Origin: Utricularia gibba
Taxonomy: Eukaryota > Plantae > Magnoliophyta
Direction: 5' to 3'
DNA length: 64,000 nt
Assembly (NCBI GenBank): GCA_002189035.1
Contig: CM007992.1
Location: 310,001-374,000, forward strand
The stretch's first letter is position 1, and each line of letters opens with the position of its first letter. The position numbers were made by a program, and so were the translations under genes. The notes beneath the pieces are model-generated. The model was not told the origin of the DNA. It did no database searches and worked only from the letters and a program-made list of their open reading frames with translations. This document shows, piece after piece, positions 12,335 to 24,785 of the stretch.

Positions 12335-13467
12335 CTACCCCTTCTTGTGGCGGTTGAGTAGCGCGATCGCCGCCATCAACAAGAAGGCTATGGCGCCGGC
12401 GAGGGAAACGCCGAGAGCAGCGACACCCTGGCCGCAGAATCTCCCAAAAACGTTGCACACCTTCTTCCACTGAACATGGGAGTTCCCTTCGTAGCCCATT
12501 ATCCCGATAGCCATGGCGGCGCCGACGGCGGAGAACAGCAGGGCTACCGTCAGCAGGTCGGCGACGGCCACCACAGCCGCCGTCGCCGACTTCCTCGAGC
12601 CGCTATCAGCCAATGTTACAACCAAAGATATGGCGGCATATGCACTCGCAACGGCGTTCGCCACCACGAAAAACCTGAATTGCAAGAAGCATCATCTCTT
12701 CCGTTCCAACAATGGACCATTTTCTGTTTCTTCCATTTATTACAAAGCTACCAAATCACCCACTCGGGCCACTCACCCTGTCCAGAATTAACTTCTGTTC
12801 AACGCCACTGTACTGACTACCACCTCTGCTAGACTGCACCACATTGACCACAACCCACCCCATCCACAGATCTCCCTCCTGGATCTGCTGCTACATTTTT
12901 CTAGGCAGATGGTAATTTATTTATTTATTTTTCCTCCCAATTAATTGGTATTAAAATATTTTTAATGTTACCCCACAATTGACACCAAATTTTTTAATAC
13001 ACACTTGCAAATCAACACAGGTAATGCAACTATTTGTAAAATGAATAAAATAATTATTGAAAACTACGTTTGTTTAATATATGTTATTTATAAAATATTT
13101 CAATTATTTCAACTGGAAATTATTTTCTTAATAAAAAATATATTTTTTCCCTTTTAATTCGTTTTCAATATGTATCTAACACACAAAAGTATGAAAAGAA
13201 AGGGAAAAAAAAGAGGCCTTACACGAAGGCAGACAAATGATGCCACTTGGCGGTGACCGGAATAGTGACCGGCGGTAGAGACGAGAGGAGCGACACCGTG
13301 ACGTGGGTGGTCTGGGTGTTGACGCCGAGGATGATGGCGGCGGTGAGAGTCAGCACCAGAGCGAAGAACCTGAGTGGGAAACCCCATCCCCTCATGTGCC
13401 CCGTGTTGGCTTTCTGCGTTCCCAAGTTTTCATGCCTCTCCTCGCCGCCTTTCTTCTCCGAGTCCAT
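12335..13467 (-). CDS. CASP-like protein (CASPL1 subfamily, four TM helices)
   Basis: Two exons (13467-13223, 12674-12335): LRFFALVLTLTAAIILG, AKWHHLSAFV|FFVVANAVASAY, GYEGNSHVQWKKVCNVFGRFC. Confidence 0.93.
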
Positions 13468-14282
13468 CTTCCCCTTTTTTTTTTCCGGTGAGTGAGTTGC
13501 CTGGCGGTTGCTCTGCGTATAACCGGATTATATAGACCAACAGGTGGATGGACGTTGGGGTAGTAGTTTAAAAGCGCAGTAGAACATATCACCTTCAAAT
13601 ACGTTGTATCCTCAAATTTTTCAATCTTTTAAAATAAAATAATTAGATAAAAAACACATACATGACTATATTTTTTTCAATAAAAAAATGAAGATTCCAA
13701 AAAGTAGTCATTTTTTTCAATAATTTTTACGAAATTATCTTCTCATTTGAACTTCATTTCAATTGAACATCTTAAAAATTATATTTAAATCCTTTTCATT
13801 AAAAAAATTAATTTGTACAATGTATTATAATATTTTATAAGGAAATACTAAGTGTGAAAATTTTTACAATTTGGAAGATTGTGCGTAATTAATCGAATTC
13901 CCAACTGCAACGCTATTTTTCAGCCGCGTCTGCATTTTGACAGAGACGTGTCGTATGCAGCACAGGCCACGTAGTGCGGGAATCTGGACACGGCTCCCGT
14001 AGGTATGCGGATGCCTCGGACTCGTGCCATTTCAAAAAAGTTTAGAATAATTTTTTTCCCTATTTCTATAATTTTTTAATAAAATAAATTATGGGATTAA
14101 ATAGATAATAATTCCATTACCGTAGTTTGGAATCTGGATTTGTTCAATGTCCCATCGTGTAATAGACATTACACTTATTCATTTCCCCCTAACCAGCTGT
14201 GCTGTTCGGTAGCCCGTAGGGGCCATTTGACCCAACGCCTCATGTCATTTTCATTTCATTACATTTCATTTCATTTGGATTG

Positions 14283-14354
14283 TGGGCTTATTGGGCCTAC
14301 GGATGATGGAGGCCATCGGCCCAAATTAAATGGTTACGGATGGAGGGAGGCCCA
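14283..14354. promoter_or_regulatory. Cluster of site II elements (TGGGCY/RGCCCA) in the F-box promoter
   Basis: TGGGCT 14283, TGGGCC 14292, GGCCCA 14318 and 14349, about 170-240 bp upstream of the ATG. Confidence 0.5.
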
Positions 14355-14527
14355 GGAGAAGGTAAAGCCTGCTCTCCTCCCTGGGGAAGCATCACTCGTT
14401 GGATGAGTTGAAAAAGCGGGAGCGAATCCCGTTAGAAAGTCCTCCATCAAAAATGGCAGCTAATGGAAAAAGGGGGTTGGGAATAGGACCATAGGGGGAG
14501 AGCGAATGATGCTGCGGCCACGAGGCC

Positions 14528-15857
14528 ATGGAAACGCCCAGTTCAGTCCGGTTGCTTAATTCGCTTCCTTATGATATCGCCTTGAATCTAGCTTCATCTC
14601 TAGAGGTAAGCAGGTTACCCCTTTTTTCGTTGATGTGATTCTGAGTTGGATTCTGAGCAGGATTCGATTTTTGCCCAGGTTGTTGATGTTTGTTCGTTAG
14701 GGAGCTGTTCAAGGTATTGGAGGGATGTTTGTGAGTCTGATACTGTGTGGAAATCTCTGTACAGAGAAAGATGGCTGGATCGTCCTTTGGGTGAAAATTC
14801 TCTGGCTTCTCAACATCTGTACTTCGAGGTGATTCATTATTTTCTGCCTAATATGTGATGATCACCCATAGGTTTGATTCATCGAATTGTTCTGAAAATT
14901 ATCTGGGTTTGTTTTATTGCGATGAAGAAGTATTTGGATTACCGAATATGAAACTCCATCCACTAGGTTTTGTTGAAGACTTGTCCTTTCCTCGTACATA
15001 TGTTGGGTTCAGGAGAGCTAAGACTGAGTTGAGTTCTTATGAAGCAGATATGTAGTCATCCGCTTCTCACGTTCCATTAATAACATCGGTTATGAATAGA
15101 ATAGGACCGAGGGCACGGAACGTTTTCAGGGCGGTCAAGCCCCCAATAGTTTCTTGTTTTCTCTTACATGAAAATGTCAGTAGCGCTGGCTAATGAAGTA
15201 TGCCCTGGATTCAGGCATGGAGGCGTTTGTACATAATCAGGCACCATGAGATGGTGGCAAAAGCTGATTTGTTAAAGGGATTTCTGGAAATGGCTCTGGC
15301 TTCTGAGTCATTGGAAGTGGGGAAGTACTTGGGAGCACTCCAGTTCCTTGACTCACTGCAGTTTGGATTCAGAGATGTTCAAATGCTTTTACTCAAACCG
15401 AAGCTCAGCGTGCTGCTGAACTTGATCGGCTTGCATTACTGCATTGCATGGCTTAACATTCCGGTAAAAAGTTTCCCTAAGCTTGCATTTCATTACTTAC
15501 TTCAGCTTCGATTTTACGTTCTTCTTCTCGATTATACTTGTTGCGAGTTTAGCCATTCTTCATGGGAGGCACAAACTTTTTATGCAGGCAGGGGATATGA
15601 TACAAGTGCTAAATAGCTGCAACATCTCAGAAAGGCAGGTGTGTGTCCAATGGTGGAAACTTGGGAGGTGGGTTTACGGGTTTCGCCCTCGGGACGAGCT
15701 GCACTCCCGCAGCATCTCCTTGGTAGATTTATCCGTGCAGGATAGCGAGGTTCTTGGCGTGCTTCATAGAGGTGCCATTCATGAAGTGATTCGTGTTCAA
15801 ATACTTCCAGTTGTTAAGAGCCCCCCTTCCTGGTCTTACCAAGTGAACAGAGGGTGA
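14528..15857 (+). CDS. F-box protein of unknown function
   Basis: Exons 14528-14605, 14679-14828, 15215-15463, 15588-15857: LNSLPYDIALNLASSLE|VVDVCSLGSCSRYWRDVCESDTVWKSLYRERW (F-box), then AWRRLYIIRHHEM ... WWKLGRWVYGFR. Confidence 0.85.
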
Positions 15858-16160
15858 AGAAAGTGAGCCAGCTTCATTCATTCTGTACAGATGATCATCC
15901 CCTGAGATGCTTAATAAGGTGTAAATAAATCACTGCCATAAGTGCTTCTGTACATAGATCCATTGAAGAATGAAGCACATGAAGAACAGTGCTTGCTTAC
16001 CACAAAAAAGCAGTTGTACATGTACCAGGAACACAACCATCAGCATACTTTGAACCGGGATCCGGTCCGTGCGACTCGGAAACGGTTTAACCCGTTCGGT
16101 TCACAGGCAAAACTGTTGATATATAATTTGAACATGAAAAGTTGTTTAGTATATAATTGC

Positions 16161-16286
16161 CCACGTGGTGCACGAGAGGAGCCTTACGATCTGGAATCTG
16201 GTCTACTCCACGCGAGGCAAGGCGCGTGGCCGCACAAGCTCACGTTGGGTGCATAATCGACATTTCCTGTCCACCCCTATATATTT
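16161..16286 (+). promoter_or_regulatory. CSD core promoter: perfect G-box and TATA-like box
   Basis: CCACGTGG at 16161-16168; CCTATATATTT at about 16276-16286, upstream of the non-coding first exon. Confidence 0.55.
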
Positions 16287-16373
16287 TGCGTTTATACGTG
16301 TGTTTGTGTACCGCCGGTCCGCCTACCACGCTTTAGTCTTGGTCTCTAGAATCTTCTTTCCACTTGTTCGGCG

Positions 16374-16794
16374 CGGGGGTGCTCTGAGGTAAAGTCTCTG
16401 TGTGTTTGGTTGCTCATTCCCTCGATCTGATTTTTAAACATACACCTGCAAGTACTGGAGGTACTCTTTGGATGACGCGGTTTTGTTGGAGGATGATTTC
16501 TGTTTTCCAGATAATCGCTTGTTTTCTAGGCAATTTTTGTTCGAAATAGTTACGATTGTGATTATCTGGATGCGGATGGACTTTTTGGATCTTTTTTTGT
16601 GTAGTTTGTAGTGTAGAGCGTAATGGCCATTTAGCGAATCCGTACATTATTTTCGTCGTTTATTGGCGATAATTGGCATGATGTTTTTATTAATGAGTAT
16701 GAAGTAATTCTTTCTGGAAATTTTTATCCGTTCGTTGATATGTTACCCTGATTCAGAATTTTTTTTTTTTTTTTTTGGTATTGGATAGATCATA
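16374..16794 (+). promoter_or_regulatory. miR398 target site split by the 5'UTR intron (16389-16788)
   Basis: CGGGGGTGCTCTGAG (16374-16388) | GT...AG | ATCATA (16789-16794). The spliced 21-mer pairs with miR398 (UGUGUUCUCAGGUCGCCCCUG) with 2 mismatches and 4 G:U pairs. Confidence 0.85.
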
Positions 16795-16797
16795 ACC

Positions 16798-17891
16798 ATG
16801 GTGAAGGCGGTAGTGGTGCTTAGCAGCAATGCAGGTGTAACTGGCACTGTCTTTTTTAACCAGGAAGGAGATGGTACTTTTCTTTTTTGGGCAGACCTCG
16901 TTGTTGTTTTACATTGGAGGAGATGTGTAATAATGGAAATTGCTCCACTGGCATCAGGTCCGACTACTGTTACTGGAAATCTTTCTGGTCTGCAGCCTGG
17001 ACTCCATGGCTTTCATGTCCATGCCCTGGGTGACACCACCAATGGTTGCTTGTCTACTGGTAGTTTTTTTATTTCCATGTGAATGATTCTGCTTTGAGCC
17101 GTTCAACTATTTATGTGTATTTGACTTTTGATTGTGTGTAAACTGAAGGGCCACATTTTAATCCTCTTGGCAAGGAACATGGTGCACCTGAGGATGACAT
17201 TCGCCATGCTGGTGATCTAGGGAACGTTACTGTTGGAGAAGATGGTAAGTAAAACTACTTGTCAAAGATTTTCTACTTTGCAAATTGACGATCATTATAA
17301 AAGAAAAAGCATTAGCATTTGCTTGGCCCTTTTGGTGGCATACTTAGTGCAAAGCATGATGTGTTCTTCTGTCTTGTGCTCTTTCAGGAACTGCTTCCTT
17401 CACCATTGTTGACAGCCAGGTTCCCCGTAGTTCTTGTTTGAATCCCCCATGCAGACTCTCCGTTCAATCCTCATTGATCTTCTATTTAATTCATTCTTGG
17501 CAGATCCCGCTCACCGGATCAAATTCCATCATCGGCAGAGCTGTAGTTGTTCATGCCGATCCCGATGACCTCGGAAAGGGTACGTCACACCATTTGAGAA
17601 AACCTTATGATACATTCTTTAGAATCACATCAAAATAAAATGATGAGATTGTACTAGAGGTATACCACATAAAGAGAAGGAGCCTACACTACGTCTTCCT
17701 CAGCATCACCTGAGTTTTTCTCCATGGCATTTTCAGGTGGACATGAGCTGAGCAAATCTACTGGAAACGCCGGCGGACGCGTCGCCTGTGGTGAGTGAGC
17801 AAACCCAATGAATCACGAAGAAGTTTCCAACAAGTATGTTACCGCCCTCTTACGCTTTCTCACTGCAGGTGTGATCGGGCTCCAGGGCTGA
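16798..17891 (+). CDS. CSD1: Cytosolic Cu/Zn superoxide dismutase
   Basis: Seven coding exons (16798-16873, 16958-17059, 17149-17244, 17388-17419, 17504-17579, 17737-17790, 17869-17891): [86 protein letters not shown]. Confidence 0.97.
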
Positions 17892-18774
17892 GCAAGTGCA
17901 CTGCACTCTGGATATCATGGCTGGTGTCAGTCCCACCGTGTAATGGGATGCTAATAATGTTATTTCCACGACCTTGTGTCATTCTGTGCACTAGTATTCT
18001 GTTGTTGGTTAAAGCATGCTGTTGACGTTGGATTCTCTTCTATTACACCAGGAGCAGTTTCTGTTTTTTGGGTAGTAAAAAGTAATTTCAATAACTTTGT
18101 AGGTCAAAAAGGTATTATATGGAGCCTGTGGGTACGTGGATTTTTCGTTAGGTATTGGTAGTATGTCTGACTCGAATTCATGATTTTTATATTCCTTTAT
18201 TTAATTTATTAATCATTAAACCTAATAATGATTTGAACTCATACATAATGCTTAAATTTTGAATCATGAGTCATTTATAATAAAAATTGGGTTAAATTTA
18301 ATAAAACCATAATGGAACTATGATTGAATTATTTTCGCGATTTATGATTTATTTAGTAATTTAAAATTTGAGGAAACTTGTGGACTGGAGGGCATTTCCG
18401 GCATCACGTGTCATCAACGAAGTGGCTTCAGACACACCAAAGTCCACTTGTCGGGTAGGTAGATCTGGCCAATGAGAAACAAGCCGAGGCTGTGTTATTA
18501 GATATGGAATTTAAAGGGTAAACTAATATAATTATGGAGCAATGGCGAACAAGGGAAAAGACGAAATTGCCCTGAGTCAAGGAATTGGATGCTTCTTCTC
18601 CAATCAATTATCTATCATTTCCTCAACGCCTACGCCCCACCGCGATCATTGTTTCTCGGAGGATTCTCCGGCGGTTGAACTTCTTCTCCGCCGCGTAGTC
18701 GCCGCTTTAGTGATAGAGGTTTTGTTCAATTAGAGGAAACCAGTGCGCTGTGTGAAAGAGAGAATCTTGGAAAG

Positions 18775-21700
18775 ATGCAACAGAATCATCCTTCACCGGT
18801 CTCTGCTCCGCAGTATCTACCGGCTGGCACAGAAATGGCTGCCATAGGCGTTCCGGGGCTGGCGAATATTTCTCCCAGTGACATCAATTCCAGCTTCGAC
18901 TGGTCTGAATTACTGGACTTCAACGTCAATGAGACTTTCGTGATCCCTTTTCCAGAAGCGGGAACTGGGGCTGATTCGGGAGCAGAACCGGGGGTTATTG
19001 GTAGCTCTTCCCCCGAGAACGTGTCCCGGATTAGGAAGAGGGACCCAAGATTGTTGTGCCCCAACTTCTTGGCGGGTCGTGTGCCGTGCGTGTGTCCTGA
19101 TATGGACGAGAAGACGGCAGCGGAGGAGGAGGCAGCGCTTCCAGGGAAGAAGAGAACGAGGACAGGGAGAGTTGTGGGTGGGCGGCCGATTCGGTGCCAA
19201 GTTTCGGGATGTGAGGCTGACATTACTGAGCTCAAAGGGTATCATAAAAGGCATCGCGTGTGCTTGCACTGTGCCAATGCCAGTTGCGTGGAAATCGATG
19301 GGGAGCAGAAGAGATACTGCCAACAATGTGGAAAGTACGTTACTTTATGTGTTCTGTGTGTGTGTGTCGTTTTTTACTAACTGTTGAAGCAATTGAATGT
19401 TTTTTTGATTCTGTTCGTGGGTTTGGTGAGCGATTTAAGACATGATATAACGTATGTTTCGATTACAAATGCTGGAAACGGCATTAAAATCCTTTGTTGG
19501 TTAGCTGAATTCTGGAATAATTGATGTCGGTAAATCTTTCTGTAAGATGTTTCTTTTTGTAGAGATGTTTTTGGTGTTCAACTGGATTGGACTTGAGCCG
19601 CTTCATTGCTTTTGCCTGTACTTAAATGTTCTATCAGGTTCCATCCATTGCCAGATTTCGATGAGGGTAAACGTAGCTGCAGGAGGAAATTAGAACGGCA
19701 TAATAATAGACGACGAAGGAAACCAGATGACTCTAAGCAATCCCGCGTTAAAGAAGCTCAGCAGATAAATTTGGAAGATGATGTCAGTGGGGATGATGAT
19801 TCTGGAAAAGGTGTGGTTGACTTATTGTTAATGAATACTAGTTCTCTTGTTTCTGCTTATACCTTTACCTAAATTATGTCAAATTCATATTGTTACTTGA
19901 GGTCGTAGTCCATCTTAGATGTCTTTTTGTTACTTCAGATGGAATTTGTGTTAGCAGTCGGGTGAAAGAAGGGAGACCCTCATTGGAGTCAGAGGGACAA
20001 GAGCCATGTCCATCTTTGGGTTCACAAAAACAACAATCAGATGACATCAATGCCGATACACAAAAGCAGAATTCTATACAGAGAAGCTCCCCATCCTCTG
20101 GCGAAAACAAGAACACATTTTCTTCTGCAGTAAGGCATTCGAGTGTTGCTGACCTCTTTTTTGCTTTTACTCTTTGTTCAAGGAATCTTTGCAGCTTTTC
20201 CTGTGTTCTGATACTTTTTTTATAGTGTCCTACTGCTCGTATCTCATTCAAACTTTATGACTGGAATCCAGCAGAGTTTCCTAGACGACTTCGACTGCAG
20301 GTAACACTGTAGTAAGTCTGGTTTCAGGTTCCCATGTTGCAGAAAGAGATATACGTGATGTTAAGATGCTGATTGTATTCTGTTAAACTCCATGTGATTG
20401 ATAGATATTCCAGTGGTTGGCAAGCATGCCTGTTGAGTTGGAGGGGTATATTCGGCCTGGCTGCACTATTTTGACTGCTTTTGTTGCAATGCCAAGACCC
20501 ATGTGGCGTAAGGTAGATCCTAGCGTTGCCTCTTTTAAGTATATTATTACACAGTGCCTCATGGCTTTGGCTAACACGACAGCTGTTGGATGATCCAATT
20601 ATGAACATAAGAGATCTCATTTCCTCTCCCGGTAATGAGTTGTCTAGGGGAGGTTCAATGCTAATTTATATGAATGACATGGCCTTCCGAGTAACAAAAG
20701 GTCAGCAGGCATCTGATCTTGAAACTCCCCACGTCCTTCCATTACCTTGTTAAATGACTTTCGACTACTGTCCAATGGCAGATAGGAATTCCCTTGTGAA
20801 AATCAAGGTAAAAGATTGTTGTCCGAGGCTGCATTATGTGCATCCAACTTGCTTTGTGGCTGGAAGGCCTATTGAATTTGTTGCCTGTGGGAGCAATTTA
20901 CTTCAATCTAATCTCCGGTAAAGCTTTGTCTGCTTTTGAACTTAACAAGGCAGTAGCTTCTGGCTCTTGATTTATCATCTTTTATGCAACTTTCAGCTTC
21001 CTCATCTCATTTTCTGGACGGTATCTGGCGTACAATATTTCAGTACCTTCTCGATGTCGAATGGAAATATTTGGTCCAAGTTTTGATCATCAGTTGGTGA
21101 AGATAGTTGCACCCCTGACTGATGAAAATCTTGTTGGCCCTGCATTTATTGAGGTAAAGGACCAGGGTATCTCATTTTACTTCAGTCTGAAGCAGAGAAG
21201 GAGAAGAGCCAAAAGCAGATGAAATAAAACTTATCCCATCTTTTCTTTTGCAGGTTGAAAACCAGTCGGGCTTATCCAACTTTGTCCCCATTCTTGTTGG
21301 TGACAGAGAAACTTGTGATGAGATGCAACACTTGATACAAGACTTGGATATCTCACCATTCTCTGGCGTAATGAAACCATGCCTTTCATGTAAAATCATG
21401 GCAGCAAGACAAGCTCGACTCTCTGAGTTCCTTTTGGATGTGGCGTGGTTATTAAAACCAGAAAGAGAGAAAGCATTGACAGCATCAGATGTTCCAAGAT
21501 TCAACAGTCTAATAAAGTTCTTGGTAGAAAAAGAGTCGTCTGCTGTTTTGGAGAGAGTATTACGGTCATTATCATCTGCTCTTAGCAAATATTCAGGTGA
21601 TGGGATCTCCTTGACTGATATGAGCGCATTGCAGAAAAACATTAGTAATGCAGAATGTACGCTTCTTCTTTCAAGGGGGAAATTCTGCATCCCATGTTCA

Positions 21701-22123
21701 AAGATGCCTGATCAGCTTGCAGCTCCTGCTACGGTATGCCATTGATCAAAACTGATTAGTCTACGGAGAGTTGCTCCAGACTGATTGAAGGTATCTTATA
21801 ATGCATATATTGTGTTTGGCCGTGTTTTTTTTCAGGAAATAGTGAAGCATGCGAGCATGGCCAGGGACACCTCAGAATCTCAGGATTCATGCTCAACTGT
21901 TCCATTGTTAGCAGGAGACGTCGAAATGAACTTTGACAGAAGCAATGCTAACACACGGAGAAATTTCAGACTGCCACTGAGACCAAGTTTTCTATCATCA
22001 CGGTCTCTCATGGCCATCGCTGCCATTGTTTTCTGCATCGGAGCATGCATGCTTATCTTCCATCCGCATAGCGTAAGCCTAATTGCAGTGACGATAAGAA
22101 GATGCATGTTTGACATGTCATAG
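18775..22123 (+). CDS. SPL7: SQUAMOSA promoter-binding-like protein, SPL7 orthologue (copper-deficiency regulator)
   Basis: SBP domain with Cys4 first zinc site (CQVSGC...RVCLHC), RDPRLLCPNFLAGRVPC motif, RISFKLYDWNPAEFPRRLR, YIRPGC motif and C-terminal TM helix (SLMAIAAIVFCIGACMLIFHP); about 10 exons; no miR156 site seen. Confidence 0.93.
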
Positions 22124-22540
22124 AGATAAGTTTTCCCTATCTCTTGTCGGGTCTAGATTCTAGAATTATCTCTCATCACCCTCAAGTGTAACTTTAACTG
22201 TCCTGTGAAATTGTAGCTGGAAAAGAAGTGAACAGAAAACAGAGCACAGATTTTTTTTTGCTTACTGGTATGAAGTGTTGGAATCTCCAGTCAATGAATG
22301 TCTTTTGTTACACAGATTTGGAATCATTGATGTTTATAATTATGTTACATCAGAAAGTTCAAAGGAACCTGGAAGCATAAGAGCAACTGGATGCGAGAAA
22401 GATTTAATTGTAAGGAAATATATGTATTGCCATGATTCAACAAAGCAGTATGTTATATTACAGAATCAGGAAGAACAGGGAAGTAGTTATGAGTGGTATG
22501 GGATTCGGTTTTACAACGAACCTCCAATTACAATGATTTC

Positions 22541-24278
22541 TCACTGAACATTGCGCAGGATCAAGCCTTCAAAAACACTGTAGAGGTCCTTGTTCTCAAG
22601 GCCAAATATTTCATCAGCCTTCCTTAAAGTTTCCTGTGTCCATATAAAGAGCAGAGCAGGAGAAAAAAGACAGATTCAAGCTTGGAATGCACGAGGGGAG
22701 ATCGTTTTGCAGAACAAAAGCATATACAGGTACCTCCTTTGTTTGTTTGTGGGAGTTGAGCTCTTTGACATTGTTCAGAAACTCTCCAAACTGCTCGTAA
22801 GAGAGTCGATTTCTGATGGAGTAAACAAGTTCTCAGATAAGGAATGCTAAGCAGTTTTAGGAGACACTCACAAGATCAAGATTTTGCCGTATATTATCAT
22901 TATAAATGAAACTGGGAAGGAAGTTCTGTCACTTGAGAACTCATTCACATCACACCAACAAAGACATTGTCTGTGGTGTAATGAGGAGGAACTACCTGAC
23001 AAGGCGGAAAAATTCTTTCCCATCGACACGGGTTTTTCCTGCGATGAGACAACCAGATACAGTAAATATAGGAGGTAGCAATAGACTCTGAGAAAGTACA
23101 CAACTTGCCTGAAGGTGCAGATGAACCCATCAAAGTCTTGTCATCAGAGAAGCTCCTGGAGGATGATATTGAGATAGAGTGTCTTCTTGTTGGAGATAAA
23201 TTTGGTGGCGTCCTTAAAGGAGAGAGGTTGGGAGGTGTAAGAATAGGTGTGCTTTTTTGGGATTTAAGCGACGCCCGCGGCCTTGCAGCTGAGAGGCAGC
23301 CAATGGAGCTTAAGTGACAACTGAACATTCAAGGAGCTAGAGAGAGAACTGAGAAAAGAAACTACTTACTCTCACCTTCAGTGCCTTCTTTACCTACGGC
23401 ATCAGAGAACTGGCTTTGGGGTAACACAGCATCATTTTCTGAAAGGCAAACAACCATAATATTATAGCATAATTGTGTCAGAATTTTGGAACTAACAGCA
23501 GTGCATTTTTTTAGTCTTAATCGGGGGAGTTGGATCAAGCTTCCGAACCATCGATGCGCGCAGGTGCCGACTTTCGAGCACTAGCCTGTTGAAAAATATT
23601 GGAAATGAGCAGCTCAATGAGGCTGCTAAAAATAACAGAATGCAAATGCAGTAATATCTGAGAATGGAAGAGGCTTGTTCAACTTACAGGATTATCTTCA
23701 TCTTCTTGCAGTGATTTCATCAGCGTCTTTCTGAACACTTCCAACTGCAAAGACCCAAGAGTAAGTTGCTTCCCACAAAAACCGCACATCCAACTTCTAA
23801 GGATTTCATTACACTGATCCAAACCGGAGTCTCCTTTGATTCGAAAGAGCATAAATTTGTTAACGAAAGGATACCTTAGCAACATCCCTATTCAACTGTT
23901 TCACAGTACTGCTAAGCTGCTCATTCTCCCGCACCAACTTCTCCTACATATGAGTGAAGTTCAAGAATTCAAGCAAAAAAACATGAACCCATTTATAAAG
24001 TAAGGTGATTTTAGAACCTTTTCTTTCTGAGCTGCGTCGAGCTTCTCCGCCGCAGTGCTGAGCGACTCCAGCTTCTCTTCCAAACCAGAAATAACATCAT
24101 CCCGTTCAGCAAGCTGCTGCCGGAGTTCATAAATCACTGATTCCAACTCATCAACGCGCCTAGAGAGAGCAATTGATGTAATCTTGCGAGCAACATCCAG
24201 CTGCTCAAATGGGTCTGCTGGCAGAACCTCCAGCAGCTCATCAGGGAGGTCGAATTTCAGAGACCCTTTCGCCATCAT
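22541..24278 (-). CDS. At4g15545/NAIP-family coiled-coil protein
   Basis: LPADPFEQLDVARKITSIALSRRV N-terminus and C-terminal exons GKTRVDGKEFFRLV|RNRLSYEQFGEFLNNVKELNSHKQTKE|ETLRKADEIFGLENKDLYSVFEGLILRNVQ*. Confidence 0.9.
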
Positions 24279-24785
24279 ATCCTTTGCTATCATCTTGGTT
24301 CCATTCAATGCACAACCATATATATTTTCCTTGTGTTTTTTACTGGGTTTTTCATAGAATCCTTGCAAATGAACGCCATCCACAAATCCTTCTCAACACG
24401 TTATTCTCCTGATATGGGAAGTGATTCAGCGTCTTACTGTTCGGTGAAAGACCCGCATTACCCGCAAACAAAAGCTGTAAATCACCCAACAATTGATACA
24501 TTGCAAAACTCCAACACCGCAAACTCCGCAGAACAATTGAGCAGAAACTCCAGTTACCAAAAGAAAAAAAGAAAAACCGCCGGCGCATTCGCCAAATTCC
24601 AAAAGTAAAGGAAAAGGATATGCTCGAGCTTCGAGGAGCCAATTGCAGTGAAAAAGCTAGAAAACGAAAAATCTCCTCCTGATTCAAAATGGGCCGGGCC
24701 CAAGCAGATTCTTTAAATTAGGCCAACATCGGCAAAGCATGTACAAAAGCCTGTCTGATCATGGGCCTTGGGTAGCCCATTTTGT

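Noticed and set aside
16051-16113. GAACCG/CGGTTC-rich mini-hairpins in the CSD promoter
   Set aside because: Too short to call; at most a hAT/MITE subterminal relic.
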